Shown here in pieces: positions 21,391-32,152 of a stretch of DNA of 64,000 bases. Source of the DNA: Acidobacteriota bacterium (GTDB taxonomy: Bacteria; Acidobacteriota; UBA890; WLXD01); assembly GCA_965205505.1 (NCBI GenBank), contig CBDBHB010000009.1:1376001-1440000 (forward strand), read 5' to 3'. The number at the start of each line of letters is the position of its first letter. The first letter of the stretch is position 1. Below the pieces are notes generated by a model. That model was not told the origin of the DNA, made no database searches, and saw only the letters and a list, made by a program, of their open reading frames with translations. Position numbers and translations under genes: made by a program.

Positions 21391-22596
21391 TCAGTTGCTG
21401 CGACGCCTGTCGGTCGGCCACGCGGCGCCGATATCACCGCCAGGATTCGCGCCCATGCCCATATACGTGAACTTCTGGATCCGCGTGCCCTCGTATGTCT
21501 CGGTCGTGTAGATGTTGCCAGACGAGTCCGTGGCGATCGAGTGCACCGCGAAGAAGAGGCCGGGCTGGCGGCCACCGTCGCCGAAGCTGTAGAGAACTTC
21601 GAGCGACTCACGGTCGATGACATAGACCTTCATGTTCTGGCCGTCGGCCAGGTACATGAACTGCTGCTCGGGGTCGGGAGAGAAGGCGACGTCCCACGTC
21701 GAGCCCTGCGACAGCGTCGCGGGAGCGATGATCGTCTCTTTGACGAACTTGCCTTCGGTCGTGAACACGGAGATCCGGTTCGACGGACGATCGCAGACGT
21801 AAACCATCCCGTCGTTGGTTCTGTCGGCGCAGTGCACCGGGGTGCGGAAGTTCTGCGGCGGGGTCTCGCCGGGCTGATAAGGCGGCGGACGCTCGTCGGT
21901 CGGCCGGTTTCCGTAGGCGCCCCAGTAGCGCTTCATGGCACCGCTGGTGGCGTCCAAGACCGCGACGCGGTGGTTGCCGTAACCGTCCGCCACGAAGATC
22001 TCGTTGTTCTCCTGGTCGAACGAGACCTTCGCGACCATTCCGAAGTTCGTGTCGCTGTTGCTGTCGAGCGGCACACCCGACTCACCGAACTGGGCCAGGA
22101 ACTGCCCGTCGGTCGTGAACTTCACGATGTGCCGATCGTCGCCACCGTTGCCGCCGATCCAGACGTTGCCCATGTCGTCCACAGCGATGCCGTGGTTCGA
22201 CGCCGGCCAGGTGTAGTCGCCTGTCTCGGTACCGGGTCCGCCCCATGCGTGGAGCAGATTACCGTCCTGGTCGAAGTGCAGGACGGGGGGAGCGGGTTGG
22301 CAGCACGCGGAGACCGGCGGGTCCTGCGCAAGGCCGATCTCGGTGTTGGCAGCGAACTGGTCCGGCGTATTCCGATGGACGAGCCAGATGCCGTCGTCGT
22401 TGTCGACGGCCACGCCGATGGTGGCACCCATCAGCCAGTGGTTCGGCAGCGGCTTCGGCCAGAACGGGTCGACCTGGAACAGCGGTACGTCCCCGGGTGC
22501 CGCAGCGGCCATGTCGTCCATGGCATCTGCGGCGAGGGCGACGACAGTGATGAGTCCGACCAGAGCCAGACCGTATGTCAGGTTGCGCTTCTGCAT
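21391..22596 (-). CDS. secreted NHL-repeat protein (PAL-like beta-propeller)
   Basis: FQVDPFWPKPLP, HGIAVD, VADGYGNHRV, YVCDR, HSIATDS. Confidence 0.85.
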   Translation of the reverse strand: MQKRNLTYGLALVGLITVVALAADAMDDMAAAAPGDVPLFQVDPFWPKPLPNHWLMGATIGVAVDNDDGIWLVHRNTPDQFAANTEIGLAQDPPVSACCQPAPPVLHFDQDGNLLHAWGGPGTETGDYTWPASNHGIAVDDMGNVWIGGNGGDDRHIVKFTTDGQFLAQFGESGVPLDSNSDTNFGMVAKVSFDQENNEIFVADGYGNHRVAVLDATSGAMKRYWGAYGNRPTDERPPPYQPGETPPQNFRTPVHCADRTNDGMVYVCDRPSNRISVFTTEGKFVKETIIAPATLSQGSTWDVAFSPDPEQQFMYLADGQNMKVYVIDRESLEVLYSFGDGGRQPGLFFAVHSIATDSSGNIYTTETYEGTRIQKFTYMGMGANPGGDIGAAWPTDRRRSN

Positions 22597-22732
22597 CGAA
22601 ATTCATCTCCCTGGCAGAGAAGGGCAGGCTCAATCTGCCCGAAATCTACACTGTGAGGGCCGATCCGACAATCGTCGAACGGTCACCCGGTGAGGTAGCC
22701 CTCTCCGCCCGGGCTGCGGTAGCTTTCCGGCC

Positions 22733-24139
22733 ATGTCCGACCAAGCACGTATCCGCCGCTCGGCCGTGCTCGTCGTCGCGCTGGTTCTGCTTCTCCCGAC
22801 CTGGTCGGGTGAGGCGCACGAGATCCCCGCCGACGTGACGCTCCAGGCGTTCGTTGCTCCCGAGGGGGGCACGATCCGAGCCCTGGTTCGAGTTCCGCTA
22901 CTGTCGATGAGGGACTACAACTTCCCCGTCCGGGATCCCGGATACCTGGAGCTACCCGAGGCGGCCGAGCTGAGCCGTGAAGCCGCGGTCCAGTGGATCG
23001 GCAACTACGTCGAGATGTTCGAGGAGGGCACCTCGCTGGGTCTGCCGGAGGTGACCGACGTTCGTATTGCCATTCCAGGGGATCGGGCCTTCCAGAGCTA
23101 CGAGACGGCGATCGCGAACGTGCGGTCGTCCGCTCTTCCCGTCGGTACGGATCTTCCGTTCCAGCAGGCGATGCTCGACGTGCTCATGGAGTGGCCCATC
23201 TCCTCGGAGGATTCCGAATTCACCATCGACGCCCGTTGGGCGCACCTGGGGCTGAGGACGCTGACGGTCCTGCGGTTCCTGCCGGCCGGCGGCCCGGAGC
23301 GCGCCTTCCAGTACACGGGTAACCTGGGGCTCTTCAGGCTCGACCCGCGGTGGCACCAGGCCGCCTGGCGCTTCATCGTTCTGGGATTCGAGCACATTCT
23401 CGACGGCATCGATCACCTGCTGTTTCTGTTCTGCTTGGTCGTGCCGTTCCGCAGATTCTGGGCGCTCGTTCCGATCGCGACCTCCTTCACGATCGCCCAC
23501 TCGATCACGCTGATCGCGTCGGCGCTCGGTCTCGCTCCCAACGCGCTCTGGTTTCCCCCGCTCATCGAGACGCTGATCGCGCTGTCGATCGTATTCATGG
23601 CCTTCGAGAACATCATCGGGGCGAAGCTACAGCGCAGATGGATGCTCGCGTTCGGGTTCGGGCTCATCCACGGTTTCGGATTCTCGTTCGCCCTCTCGGA
23701 GTCCCTGCAGTTCGCCGGCGCTCACCTCATCACGTCCCTGCTGTCCTTCCACGTCGGCGTGGAGCTCGGTCAGCTCGTCGTTCTCGCGCTGACCGTGCCG
23801 GTGCTCGACTTCCTGTTCCGACGTTGGCTTCCCGAGGTGCTGGGCACGATCGTGCTGTCGGCCTTCCTGGCGCACACGGGCTGGCACTGGATGACTGAGC
23901 GGGGAGCGGAGCTCATCCAGTACGACTTCCGCGTCCCCGTGATGGACATTGCGTTCGCCGCAATTCTCCTCCGATGGATCATGTTGGGTCTGATCATCGT
24001 CGGTACGGTTTGGATTCTCAGAGGCGCCTTCGGCGTGCTGCCGAACGCGTACGCCGACGACGTGGATGGGTCGAACGACGATCGGGCCAAGGCCGATCCC
24101 GACCCCGTCTCACCGGTGTGCGGATGGCGGCGGATCTGA
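22733..24139 (+). CDS. HupE/UreJ-family membrane protein
   Basis: AHEIP, LGFEHILDGIDHLLF, FTIAHSITL, FGLIHGFGF, GVELGQL. Confidence 0.88.
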   Translation: MSDQARIRRSAVLVVALVLLLPTWSGEAHEIPADVTLQAFVAPEGGTIRALVRVPLLSMRDYNFPVRDPGYLELPEAAELSREAAVQWIGNYVEMFEEGTSLGLPEVTDVRIAIPGDRAFQSYETAIANVRSSALPVGTDLPFQQAMLDVLMEWPISSEDSEFTIDARWAHLGLRTLTVLRFLPAGGPERAFQYTGNLGLFRLDPRWHQAAWRFIVLGFEHILDGIDHLLFLFCLVVPFRRFWALVPIATSFTIAHSITLIASALGLAPNALWFPPLIETLIALSIVFMAFENIIGAKLQRRWMLAFGFGLIHGFGFSFALSESLQFAGAHLITSLLSFHVGVELGQLVVLALTVPVLDFLFRRWLPEVLGTIVLSAFLAHTGWHWMTERGAELIQYDFRVPVMDIAFAAILLRWIMLGLIIVGTVWILRGAFGVLPNAYADDVDGSNDDRAKADPDPVSPVCGWRRI

Positions 24140-24287
24140 AGCACATCCAGCCGATGCCGAAAGGGAGCTGATTCTCCCGGAACGAGAGGTAGCTCGTTCC
24201 CGCAGGGCTCAGTGTGCCTGTTGCGTATCGGACACCATACGCGCCATGCTGTTGCGCGGGTTTCATTCAACACGAAAGGAGCAGGCG

Positions 24288-24776
24288 ATGTACGGCAACA
24301 AGAGCAGGTTGGCGCGAGGGCTCGGATTGGTGGCCTGGAGCGTGGCGATGGTGACGGTCGGTGCGATCATCGGCCAGGTGGGCCCGGTGGCCCCCTACGC
24401 CGAGGCCGCGGGGCGAGCGATGGCGGTGGTCGAGCTGGACGACGGCAAGCTCGCGGGCGAGGGCCTCGGCGAGTTCGGCCCCTACTCGAAGCTCAGCGAC
24501 TTCGACGCTCGCGGTCACACCTTCTACCAGAGCGCCGACGGCAACCTCTCCATCGGCGTCTGGGAGGCAACCCCCGGCGTGCTCAACGTGCCGGATCCCT
24601 ATGTAGTCGACGAGCTGATGTACGTGCTCGAAGGCGAGATCGTCCTCACCGATGTCGACGGCAACGTGAGCACTCATGGTCCCGGCGATGGCGTCGTACT
24701 GCCGAAGGGCTGGACGGGCACGTTCGCGGTGCCCGACGGCGTGCGCAAGATCTACGTAACCTACGCGGCCGAATAG
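24288..24776 (+). CDS. exported cupin (DUF861/EutQ-like)
   Basis: IGVWEATPG, DELMYVLEGEI, PGDGVVLPKGW, VRKIY; AAAGGAG RBS. Confidence 0.8.
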   Translation: MYGNKSRLARGLGLVAWSVAMVTVGAIIGQVGPVAPYAEAAGRAMAVVELDDGKLAGEGLGEFGPYSKLSDFDARGHTFYQSADGNLSIGVWEATPGVLNVPDPYVVDELMYVLEGEIVLTDVDGNVSTHGPGDGVVLPKGWTGTFAVPDGVRKIYVTYAAE

Positions 24777-24875
24777 AGGAAGCGCCGCCACTGTCATCGG
24801 TTGCACACGCCCTTTCTTGTGATGCGTGTAGCGATCGACTGCCGATCGCGGTCTTCCTCCGCACACACCCGGAGA

Positions 24876-24926
<51 letters not shown>

Positions 24927-24943
24927 TCGCATAAAGGACTATG

Positions 24944-24980
24944 AAAAAAGGGGATTCGGCCAGCGCGGCCGGGTCCCTTT
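24944..24980. terminator. intrinsic terminator-like hairpin, possibly bidirectional
   Basis: AAAAAAGGGGATTCGGCC-AGCGC-GGCCGGGTCCCTTT. Confidence 0.55.
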
Positions 24981-25236
24981 CGTCGTCTTTTCGGCCGAAA
25001 TCCCACGTGTATGCCGCGGTTCGGCTCCTCTCGGAAAAGGAGTCTCCGATGCTGCCATGAGCACGCGCAGACGTTTCCGGAAGACTGCACCCGGTGCGCC
25101 CCATGTCTTGATCGGGTGGATCGCGAGCAGCGCCAGGACTTCCTCGTAAGCGTCAGGCTTGCCGGGATTAGGCATAGTGTCACCTCGGCTGATTGTGACA
25201 CGAGTGACATCGCTTGATCTACGTAGAGATCGCGCG

Positions 25237-26628
25237 CTAGCGTTGCCCGATCTCCAGCGCCTTGATCGTTTGCCGGTCTCGCAAGTAGAGGACCGTGCCG
25301 ACGAGGGTCGGCGCCGTCCATGATGTACCGGTCAGCACTTCAGCCTTCGAGATGACCGTCAGGCCCTCCGGTGAAACCTCCGTGAGCGCCAGGTTGCCGT
25401 CCTCGTCGAGGATGATCGCCTTGCCGTCGGCGTATAGAAAGTTCGACCGGGAGAAGCCGCGCTCCTGCCACGCCGCGGTGCCCGTCCGGAGGTTGAGTGC
25501 CGTAATAAACGCCGGGCCGAAGCCGCCGCTGCTTCCGTAGATGAAGTTACCCACCCGAATCGTGCTACCGAACATGATCTGCATGTCGCGAGTAAACCAA
25601 AGCTCGTCGACCTTGGTGCCGCCACCCGCCTTGGACAAACGCATGCCGCGGCTGCCCCCGTCGTATGCCGATGAGACGAACAACACGCTGTCCTGTCCCC
25701 AAACCGCCGTCGTGTTGTTCATGTCGCCATAGGTGTCGTGCGGGGTGCTCCAGAGGATCTCACCGCTGTCCGGGTTCAGTCCGTTGATTGTCTGGCCTCC
25801 CACGACGACCAGCTGAGTCTCGCCATCAAGCTCGATCAGGATCGGCGAAGATGGCGCGATCAGGAAATCGCCGCTCTTCCAGACCAGCGAGCCGTCGCGC
25901 TGATTGAAGGCCATCACCGACTGGCCGTCGCCCCCGGCGGTCACGATTACCATGTTGTCGTACGCGAGAGGGCTGCAGGCGTAGCCGGCCGTCACGCCGA
26001 CGACCGCCCGGATCAACGTCGGCGGCGCACCGTACTCAGCGACGAGATCGTGCGACCAAAGAACCTCGCCGGTCCGCTTGTCGAGGGCGTGGATCTGCTT
26101 GTTCGTGCCGGCAGTGAACAGCCGCTCACCGACGATGAGCGGCGTCGCGTGCGGCCCCGCCCCGCGACTGAAATCCAAGGGCTGAGAGCCGTAGGCGTAC
26201 TCCCAGATCGTTCCTCCGGTGGCAGCGTCCAGCGCGATGACGAGCTCTTCGCCTGCCCATTGGTTGGGCGGTGCCCCATCGAGGTGCGGCCGGTACATCG
26301 TGTAGAGGTGGGCGTCGTCGACGACAATCGTGGAATGGCCCAGGCCAAGCGGTCGGCTCCAGATTTCCCTGGGCCCTGCTTCGGGCCACGAGTCGGCGAG
26401 GCTCGTAGCGTCGGAGATGAAGTTCCGGTGCGGTCCGCCCCACTGCCGCCAGGTAGCTTGCTCGGTCGGTGATTGGGCCGCTAGGTTGGCGACTGCTCCG
26501 AGAGCGAGAGAAACTGCCGACAGCAGCAAGAATGCGCGGCGCGTTCCTTGCGAACGCGCCCGATGTCGGAGTGCTACCAGCGTTGGTCGTTTCATTAAGA
26601 TCCGTCGAGATCCGCGTCTGGTTGTCAC
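25237..26628 (-). CDS. PQQ-binding-like beta-propeller (BamB-like) protein
   Basis: WRQWGGPHRN, ALDAATGGTIW, ALDKRTGEVLW, WTAPTLVG.LYLRD. Confidence 0.85.
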   Translation of the reverse strand: MTTRRGSRRILMKRPTLVALRHRARSQGTRRAFLLLSAVSLALGAVANLAAQSPTEQATWRQWGGPHRNFISDATSLADSWPEAGPREIWSRPLGLGHSTIVVDDAHLYTMYRPHLDGAPPNQWAGEELVIALDAATGGTIWEYAYGSQPLDFSRGAGPHATPLIVGERLFTAGTNKQIHALDKRTGEVLWSHDLVAEYGAPPTLIRAVVGVTAGYACSPLAYDNMVIVTAGGDGQSVMAFNQRDGSLVWKSGDFLIAPSSPILIELDGETQLVVVGGQTINGLNPDSGEILWSTPHDTYGDMNNTTAVWGQDSVLFVSSAYDGGSRGMRLSKAGGGTKVDELWFTRDMQIMFGSTIRVGNFIYGSSGGFGPAFITALNLRTGTAAWQERGFSRSNFLYADGKAIILDEDGNLALTEVSPEGLTVISKAEVLTGTSWTAPTLVGTVLYLRDRQTIKALEIGQR

Positions 26629-26703
26629 CGTCTCGCTGTCCGAGCCGCAGGGTCAGGTCACAGCCATGTCCTGGGCAGCTAGTGACGAATCACTCGGCCT
26701 CAG

Positions 26704-27114
26704 TTACTTCCACTCCCAGCATTTGTTGACAGCACTCCCGTCCGGAGCCACGTTGTACTCGCCGGCCAGGCCGATGCTATTCAAGTCGGCATACTTTGGC
26801 GACGTGCTGTGAGCGTGGAGCATTGTCAGGAAGTTGGTCGTGCCTCCAGGCGGCGGGGCTTGCCCGGAGCCATGTCCGATGAGGTGTATGACATCTCCAT
26901 CCTGAGTGGTCATGACTCCATGGCCCGACCCGTACATCGACCCGTCGGGTCTCGTCAGCGTGGTGTAGGTCCAGATAGTGGTCTCGGCCACCCCTCGGAT
27001 TGTTCCTGTGAGCTGAAGGCATGTTTCGGTATTGGTGCCGGACGCATCTGCAGAAAGGACACGAATGCCAGTCACTTGGCCCGTCTCCTCCAAGATGAGG
27101 TCACCTAACGCCAT
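26704..27114 (-). CDS. hypothetical protein
   Basis: Strong AGAGGAGAAG RBS, coherent 136-aa ORF ending CWEWK. Confidence 0.65.
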   Translation of the reverse strand: MALGDLILEETGQVTGIRVLSADASGTNTETCLQLTGTIRGVAETTIWTYTTLTRPDGSMYGSGHGVMTTQDGDVIHLIGHGSGQAPPPGGTTNFLTMLHAHSTSPKYADLNSIGLAGEYNVAPDGSAVNKCWEWK

Positions 27115-27284
27115 TGTCTCTTCTCCTCTTTCTTGTTCCCCAGCGTAGAATGCGGTGAGGCGAATCCCGCCTTATACACCAATCCCCCTCTCGCTGCCCG
27201 TACTGCGCGCGCCCTCATACCTGATCCCGTCGAGCTGCCGCTGCTGCTGACCGAGCACGGAGGTGAGCGACTGGCTCCCTACGT

Positions 27285-27313
27285 TGGACCCTCGTGTGCC
27301 CCAACGATAGGCT
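27285..27313 (+). promoter_or_regulatory. repeated sigma70-like promoter TGGACC-N17-TAGGCT (copy 1; others at 28879, 34217, 41555, 43175, and 43731 with N16)
   Basis: Six copies keep both hexamers and their spacing while the spacer varies. Confidence 0.7.
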
Positions 27314-27347
27314 TCACGCGGTCACCCACCTCCCCCTCGGGAGCGCC

Positions 27348-27565
27348 ATGGAACCCGGCACCAAACTAGGTCCATACGAAATCACCGAGCAGCTCGGTGC
27401 TGGCGGTATGGGGCAGGTGTACCGAGCACGCGACACGACGCTGGATCGTGATGTCGCCATCAAGGTGCTGCCGGAGGACTTCGCCACCTGCGGAACTACA
27501 GCGGGTGGTTCCCGCGGGGCGGTGATCCGGTGGGCGGTCCTCGATTTCGGATTGGCAACCGGCTA
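27348..27565 (+). pseudogene. Ser/Thr kinase N-terminal remnant
   Basis: [47 protein letters not shown]...VLDFGLA; most of the domain is deleted. Confidence 0.85.
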
Positions 27566-27601
27566 TTCTCATGGCCGCTCGTAAAGGACGGAAGTCCCTG
27601 A

Positions 27602-28656
27602 ATGTATCTGTCCCCCCGCGATACCGACGGCCTGCCTATTTTTCTTGGCTTGGCCGTGCTCTTGTTCGGGGTTGCCTGCGCCCCTCAGGACGCGGCCCAA
27701 ACGCGAGCTTCGGACGCTATGGAGCCAGTCGCGGACCAAGCCGCTCCTCAGGGAGAGCATGCCGTCGTGACCATTCTGACTACGAACGGCGCCGACTTTC
27801 TAGGCTCGATGAACCCGCTGCAAGGGGAGTGGAGCTTCGCAGCGTGGGTCGAGATCGGCGGCAGGTCGTTTCTTTTCGATACGGGGTGGTCGCCGGACAA
27901 CGTTCTCTCCAACGCTGAGGTTCTGGGCATCGATCTATCGGCGGCGGAAGATCTCATCCTGAGCCACAACCACATGACCACACCGGCGGGATCGAGACCC
28001 TGAGAACGGTGCTATCGAAGCGAAACCCGAGCGCGCTTTCGCGTATCCACGTAGCGGAAGGCATCTTCGCCTCTCGACCCGGCCCGGACGGGGGCGAGAA
28101 CAACCCGATGATCGCGTCGCGCCAACGCCTCGAAGCAATGGGTTCGACCTTCATAATCTATGACGGGCCGGCCGAGATCTCGCCCGGCGTCTGGGTCACC
28201 GGCCCGGTCCCCAGAGTCCACGAAGAGAAAAACTACGACACGGGCCCCGACGCGGTCGTGGTTCTGGATGGCAAGCTCGTACCCGACGTCTTTCCCGAGA
28301 GCCAGTCTCTCGTCGTACTTGCTGCTGGCGGACCGATTTTCATAACGGGGTGCGGACACGCCGGCTTGATCAACACGCTCGATTACGGCCGGGCACAGAT
28401 CTCCGACCTGCCACCGCAGGCGGCGATCGGCGGCTTCCACGTCTACAACGCGTCCGAAGAGACTTTGCGTTGGACCTCGGAAAAGCTCGCCGAGGCGCGC
28501 CTCGGCAACTTCGTCGGTTCGCATTGCACCGGCTTCGAAGCTGTCTTGCGGATTCGGGAGCTGGCCGGGATGGAACGCGAGCACGCCGTCATTGGCGCAA
28601 TCGGCACCCGGTTCGAGACCAGCTCTGGGATTGTCCCTGGCAACATCAATCGCTGA
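27602..28656 (+). pseudogene. MBL-fold metallo-hydrolase lipoprotein (7,8-dihydropterin-6-methyl-aminobenzene synthase-like), frameshifted at ~27974
   Basis: GEWSFAAWVE, LFDTG, and SHNH-x-DHTGG broken by a 1-nt loss; then ESQSLVV, TGCGHAG, IGGFH, SHCTG. Confidence 0.8.
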
Positions 28657-28791
28657 GTGCTTGCCCTCCTCGACCCGCGACGCAGTGCCGGTCTCTCAAC
28701 TGTTCCATCGACGACTTTATGGCGCCCGATTCTGGGAGCCGTTTGTGTCGCCAGCGACGCCCCTATTACGACAGCTGTTTGTCTGCACCTT

Positions 28792-28842
28792 GTCACCAAC
28801 TGGTTCGACGAGCTGAAGCGGCTCGTACCGACGGACCCGTAG
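28792..28842 (+). repeat. kinase-propeller C-terminal 51-nt repeat ([16 protein letters not shown])
   Basis: Near-identical to 48491-48541, 58173-58223, 63707-63757 and 42673-42714. Confidence 0.9.
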
Positions 28843-28940
28843 CGTCGCTAGCTCAGTCTCACGAAACGGCATCGTCCGTGGACCCTAGCCTGCCCCAGCG
28901 ATAGGCTTCAGGCGCTCACCCGCCCCTCTGTGGTAGCGCC

Positions 28941-29087
28941 ATGGAACCCGGCACCCGACTAGGTCAGCACGAGATCACCGAGCAGCTCGGCGCTGGCGGC
29001 ATGGGAGAGGTGTACCTGGCGCAGGACACGCCAAGGTGGCCATCAAGGTGCTGCGCGCCGAGTTTGCCCCCGATCCCGAGCGCCTCG
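28941..29087 (+). pseudogene. Ser/Thr kinase N-terminal remnant
   Basis: [48 protein letters not shown], with a small deletion relative to the kinase at 58343. Confidence 0.85.
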
Positions 29088-31799
29088 TTACTCGTGAGTC
29101 AGTGCCGACACCGGATCCATCGCGCTCGCTCGGCGCGCCGGCACGTAGCACGCCGCAGCGGTAACAAGCACAAGGGTGACGGCGAGGCCGGCGATGAGGT
29201 TCGGATCGAGCGCACTCATTCCATAGAGCAGGGCCTCGAGCACGCGAACGGAGGCCAGGGTGCCCGCGATGCCGAGGACGACTCCGAGGCCGACGGGCGC
29301 CAAACCGCCGCGCACGACCAGGGCCCGGATGTTCCCTCTCCTGGCACCCAGCGCAATCCGGATGCCGATCTCGTGCGTGCGTTGGGTGACGGTGTACGCA
29401 ACCACTCCGTACAGCCCGACCAGAGCGAGCAGGAGCGCGACGGCAGCGAAGATCCCACCGATCAACATGTGGAAGCGAGGACGTGCGAGAGAATCGAGAA
29501 TCCGACCGTCCAACGTCGACACGTCGAGGGTGTACAGGTCGTCGATCGACAGAATGGCCTCGCGGATTGCGGGCACGAACCCGAGGGGATCGGTCGTCGT
29601 CCGCACAATGAGGGATCCCTGGCGCCATGGGATGTACACCCGATATCCCTCGTTCTCCGCGATCCACCGGCCGTCGTCGAGCCTTCGATAGGACACATCC
29701 GGCACGACTCCGGCGACGGTCCAGCAGCAGCCGTAGAGCCCTAGTTTCTTGCCGATCGGGTCCTGGCCTGGCCACACGCCCGCGGCAAAGCTCTCGCTCA
29801 CAACGACCTTCCCGTACGCGTCCACCTCAGTGCAGACCCTGCAGCCCGTCATCGAGCTATAGCGACGCCAGTCGTTGACCCCATCCCATTCGGGGACATC
29901 TCCACCTCGAATGATCGGGATGCCCAATGTCTCGAAGTAACCGGGCGAGATGTACACGATCTTGCTCATCGTCATCTCCTCCACCGGCCAGTCCAGCCAG
30001 GTGCCCTTTTCATACTCCTGGAACTGGATCGGGCCAGCCCTGTACCCGTCCCCGTGCGAGAGTGGCGGGGTGCCGCGGGCAACCGAGATCACCCCCGGTA
30101 TGGATCGCACTGCCGCCAGGAGGTCATAGGCCTCGCGCCATTCCCGCTGCCGCACCTCCGCGCCTGCTGTACCCGCGGTTGGCGTGAACTGTTCCCTGCT
30201 GCCGTCCCTGACCTCCACGACCAAGATGTTCTCCGAGCGGAACCCGCGGTCGGCCACAAGGAGCTGGAAGAAGCTCTTGCCCAGAACCGTCCCTCCGACC
30301 ATGAGCATCAAAGTAAGGGCCACCTGAATCACGATCAGCGGCGTCGAGGAGCTTCGACGTCGGCCGCTGGTATTCGCAGACCTCGTTGCCTTGAGTGCTT
30401 CGACGAGATCGATGTCGGAGGCCCGGAGCGCTGGCAGCAGACCGAACAGGAGGCTCTCGGTCAGGAGCAGCTGGACTTGTCGGCGCCAGCTTGCCCCGAT
30501 GGCGAGGCGTACGGCCAGTTCGGCCTTGCGGCGCGAGCCCATCGCCAACAGTAAGTGGGCGAGATTCACGCACGCGATGAGCAGGACGAACCCGACGAGG
30601 CCCATGAGCGTGTAGAGGTCGGAGCCGAAATCACGTTCCACCAGCTCGTGGACCGGGGTGACGCCAATACTCCAGCCCTCCAGCGCCTCCGGATAGGCCT
30701 CCGCCAGATTCGACGTGATGCGTTGAAGGTCTCTTCGTACCTCTCCGACAGATCGGTCTGGGGCGACTCTCCCCAACACCATGAAGTTCTTGTTGTGGCG
30801 CGGTTGCTCAAAGGCCTGGTACCAAAGCGGCATATAGATGTCGATGTCAGATTGCAGCAGATTGCCCCGAAACGACACCGCCGGTAACGTGAATTGCTCC
30901 GGAAGCACTCCCACGACGGTAACTGGCGCCGAATTCAGTGAGATCTCGCTGCCGATGATGTCGGGATCCGCACCGTAGCGCCGAGCCCAGATGTCGTGGG
31001 TCAGGATGGCGATGGGTGGCGAGCGCCAACGTCGTAACCCCGTTTTTCCTCCGGAGTACCCCCAACTCGTCCCGGGCGGAGCAACGTCGTCCGGTAAGAA
31101 CCCGCGCCCCATCATCGGCGCAATCCCCACGACCGTGAAGAAGGACGCCGATACGGACGTTGCACGGACCCACTCCGCGGCCCCGGCGCCCCCCCCCCCA
31201 ACAGCCATGTACCCGTCGTCCCATTCCCACTCGGAGATATACGCCATGCCACTCAACGTGCGGTTCTGCTCCGCGTAGACGTTGTAGTTGAGGGCGTTGA
31301 TCGGGACATCGCCGTGGGCTTGGTTACCCGCCGCGACGTACTCGGGATTGGTTTCCCAGATCTGTACGAGTCGTTCCGGCTCGGGAAACGGCAGCGGTCG
31401 CAGGATGACGGCGTCAAGAACACTGAAAATGGCCGTGTTCGCCCCGATCCCGATCGCGATGGTCACGATGGCGACCGCAGCGTAGCCTGGTTCCTTGCGG
31501 AATCGACGAAGCGCGTAGGTGGCGTCTTCGATGATGTTGCCAAGCGCGGATCCTCGGGCGGCAGGCACGCCGGACTTCAGATCGACTCGGGAAATCCGAC
31601 CCGACGCCACGGCCCACAGGATTCGACGAGTCTGACGCCGGTACCACGCACGTGCCTGGCGCTCAGATGACCGTTTGGCTAGCGCTCGGAATTCCTCGAG
31701 CAAGTCGCCCCGGATCATCTCGCCCTTGAGACCACGCGGCAGGAGACCCTCCAGCATGGTCCGCAGGAAACCCTTGGGCAGCTCGGCCGGCGCGCTCAT
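29088..31799 (-). CDS. ADOP-family duplicated ABC permease (MacB_PCD/FtsX) with an internal ~54-aa in-frame deletion
   Basis: IGIGANTAIFSVLDAVILRPLPFPEPERLV, VLLIACVNLA, RTHEIGIRIALGA, PARRASAMDP; ATGA overlap with padR. Confidence 0.88.
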   Translation of the reverse strand: MSAPAELPKGFLRTMLEGLLPRGLKGEMIRGDLLEEFRALAKRSSERQARAWYRRQTRRILWAVASGRISRVDLKSGVPAARGSALGNIIEDATYALRRFRKEPGYAAVAIVTIAIGIGANTAIFSVLDAVILRPLPFPEPERLVQIWETNPEYVAAGNQAHGDVPINALNYNVYAEQNRTLSGMAYISEWEWDDGYMAVGGGGAGAAEWVRATSVSASFFTVVGIAPMMGRGFLPDDVAPPGTSWGYSGGKTGLRRWRSPPIAILTHDIWARRYGADPDIIGSEISLNSAPVTVVGVLPEQFTLPAVSFRGNLLQSDIDIYMPLWYQAFEQPRHNKNFMVLGRVAPDRSVGEVRRDLQRITSNLAEAYPEALEGWSIGVTPVHELVERDFGSDLYTLMGLVGFVLLIACVNLAHLLLAMGSRRKAELAVRLAIGASWRRQVQLLLTESLLFGLLPALRASDIDLVEALKATRSANTSGRRRSSSTPLIVIQVALTLMLMVGGTVLGKSFFQLLVADRGFRSENILVVEVRDGSREQFTPTAGTAGAEVRQREWREAYDLLAAVRSIPGVISVARGTPPLSHGDGYRAGPIQFQEYEKGTWLDWPVEEMTMSKIVYISPGYFETLGIPIIRGGDVPEWDGVNDWRRYSSMTGCRVCTEVDAYGKVVVSESFAAGVWPGQDPIGKKLGLYGCCWTVAGVVPDVSYRRLDDGRWIAENEGYRVYIPWRQGSLIVRTTTDPLGFVPAIREAILSIDDLYTLDVSTLDGRILDSLARPRFHMLIGGIFAAVALLLALVGLYGVVAYTVTQRTHEIGIRIALGARRGNIRALVVRGGLAPVGLGVVLGIAGTLASVRVLEALLYGMSALDPNLIAGLAVTLVLVTAAACYVPARRASAMDPVSALTHE

Positions 31800-32134
31800 G
31801 AGCGCTTGCCGGGGAGCAGGTCCTCGATCCCACTCCACATTCCGAGCAGAACGTCGCGCTGGGCCGCCACCGCCGTCAACCCGACTTCGGTCAGCAGGAA
31901 TCTACGTCGCCGGCTGCCGCCGCGTTCGTCCGTGCTCGCCGCTGTTTGCCACTCGAGAAGCCCACGCTTCTCCAGTCGCTCGAGCGCTGCGTACAGTGTT
32001 CCTCGGCTCATCTCGCGGCTGGCGTGTTCCTCGAGAACTCTCGCGATCTGGGGAGCGTAAGCCTGATCTCGCAGACGCAGTGCCGCCAGCAGCACCAAAT
32101 GCTCGAACTCGCCGAGGGCAGCTTTTCTTGCCAC
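31796..32134 (-). CDS. padR: PadR-family transcriptional regulator (acidobacterial type)
   Basis: LGEFEHLVLLAALRL, GTLYAALERLEKRG, RGGSRRRRFLLT. Confidence 0.9.
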   Translation of the reverse strand: MARKAALGEFEHLVLLAALRLRDQAYAPQIARVLEEHASREMSRGTLYAALERLEKRGLLEWQTAASTDERGGSRRRRFLLTEVGLTAVAAQRDVLLGMWSGIEDLLPGKRS

Positions 32135-32152
32135 GGGTGTCCTCCGCCACAG

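Noticed and set aside
21325-22656. Long ORFs such as 21325..22656 (+), 52397..53791 (+), 18480..19655 (-) and 12867..13973 (-)
   Set aside because: They are antisense shadows of well-supported genes, expected in high-GC DNA, and have no recognisable motifs.
28941-29744. 267-aa kinase-like ORF
   Set aside because: Only the first ~30 codons are kinase; the rest is out-of-frame read-through antisense to the ADOP gene.
31189-31199. Poly-C tract as a phase-variation switch
   Set aside because: The frame is intact (a Gly run) and a single sequence gives no evidence of length variation.
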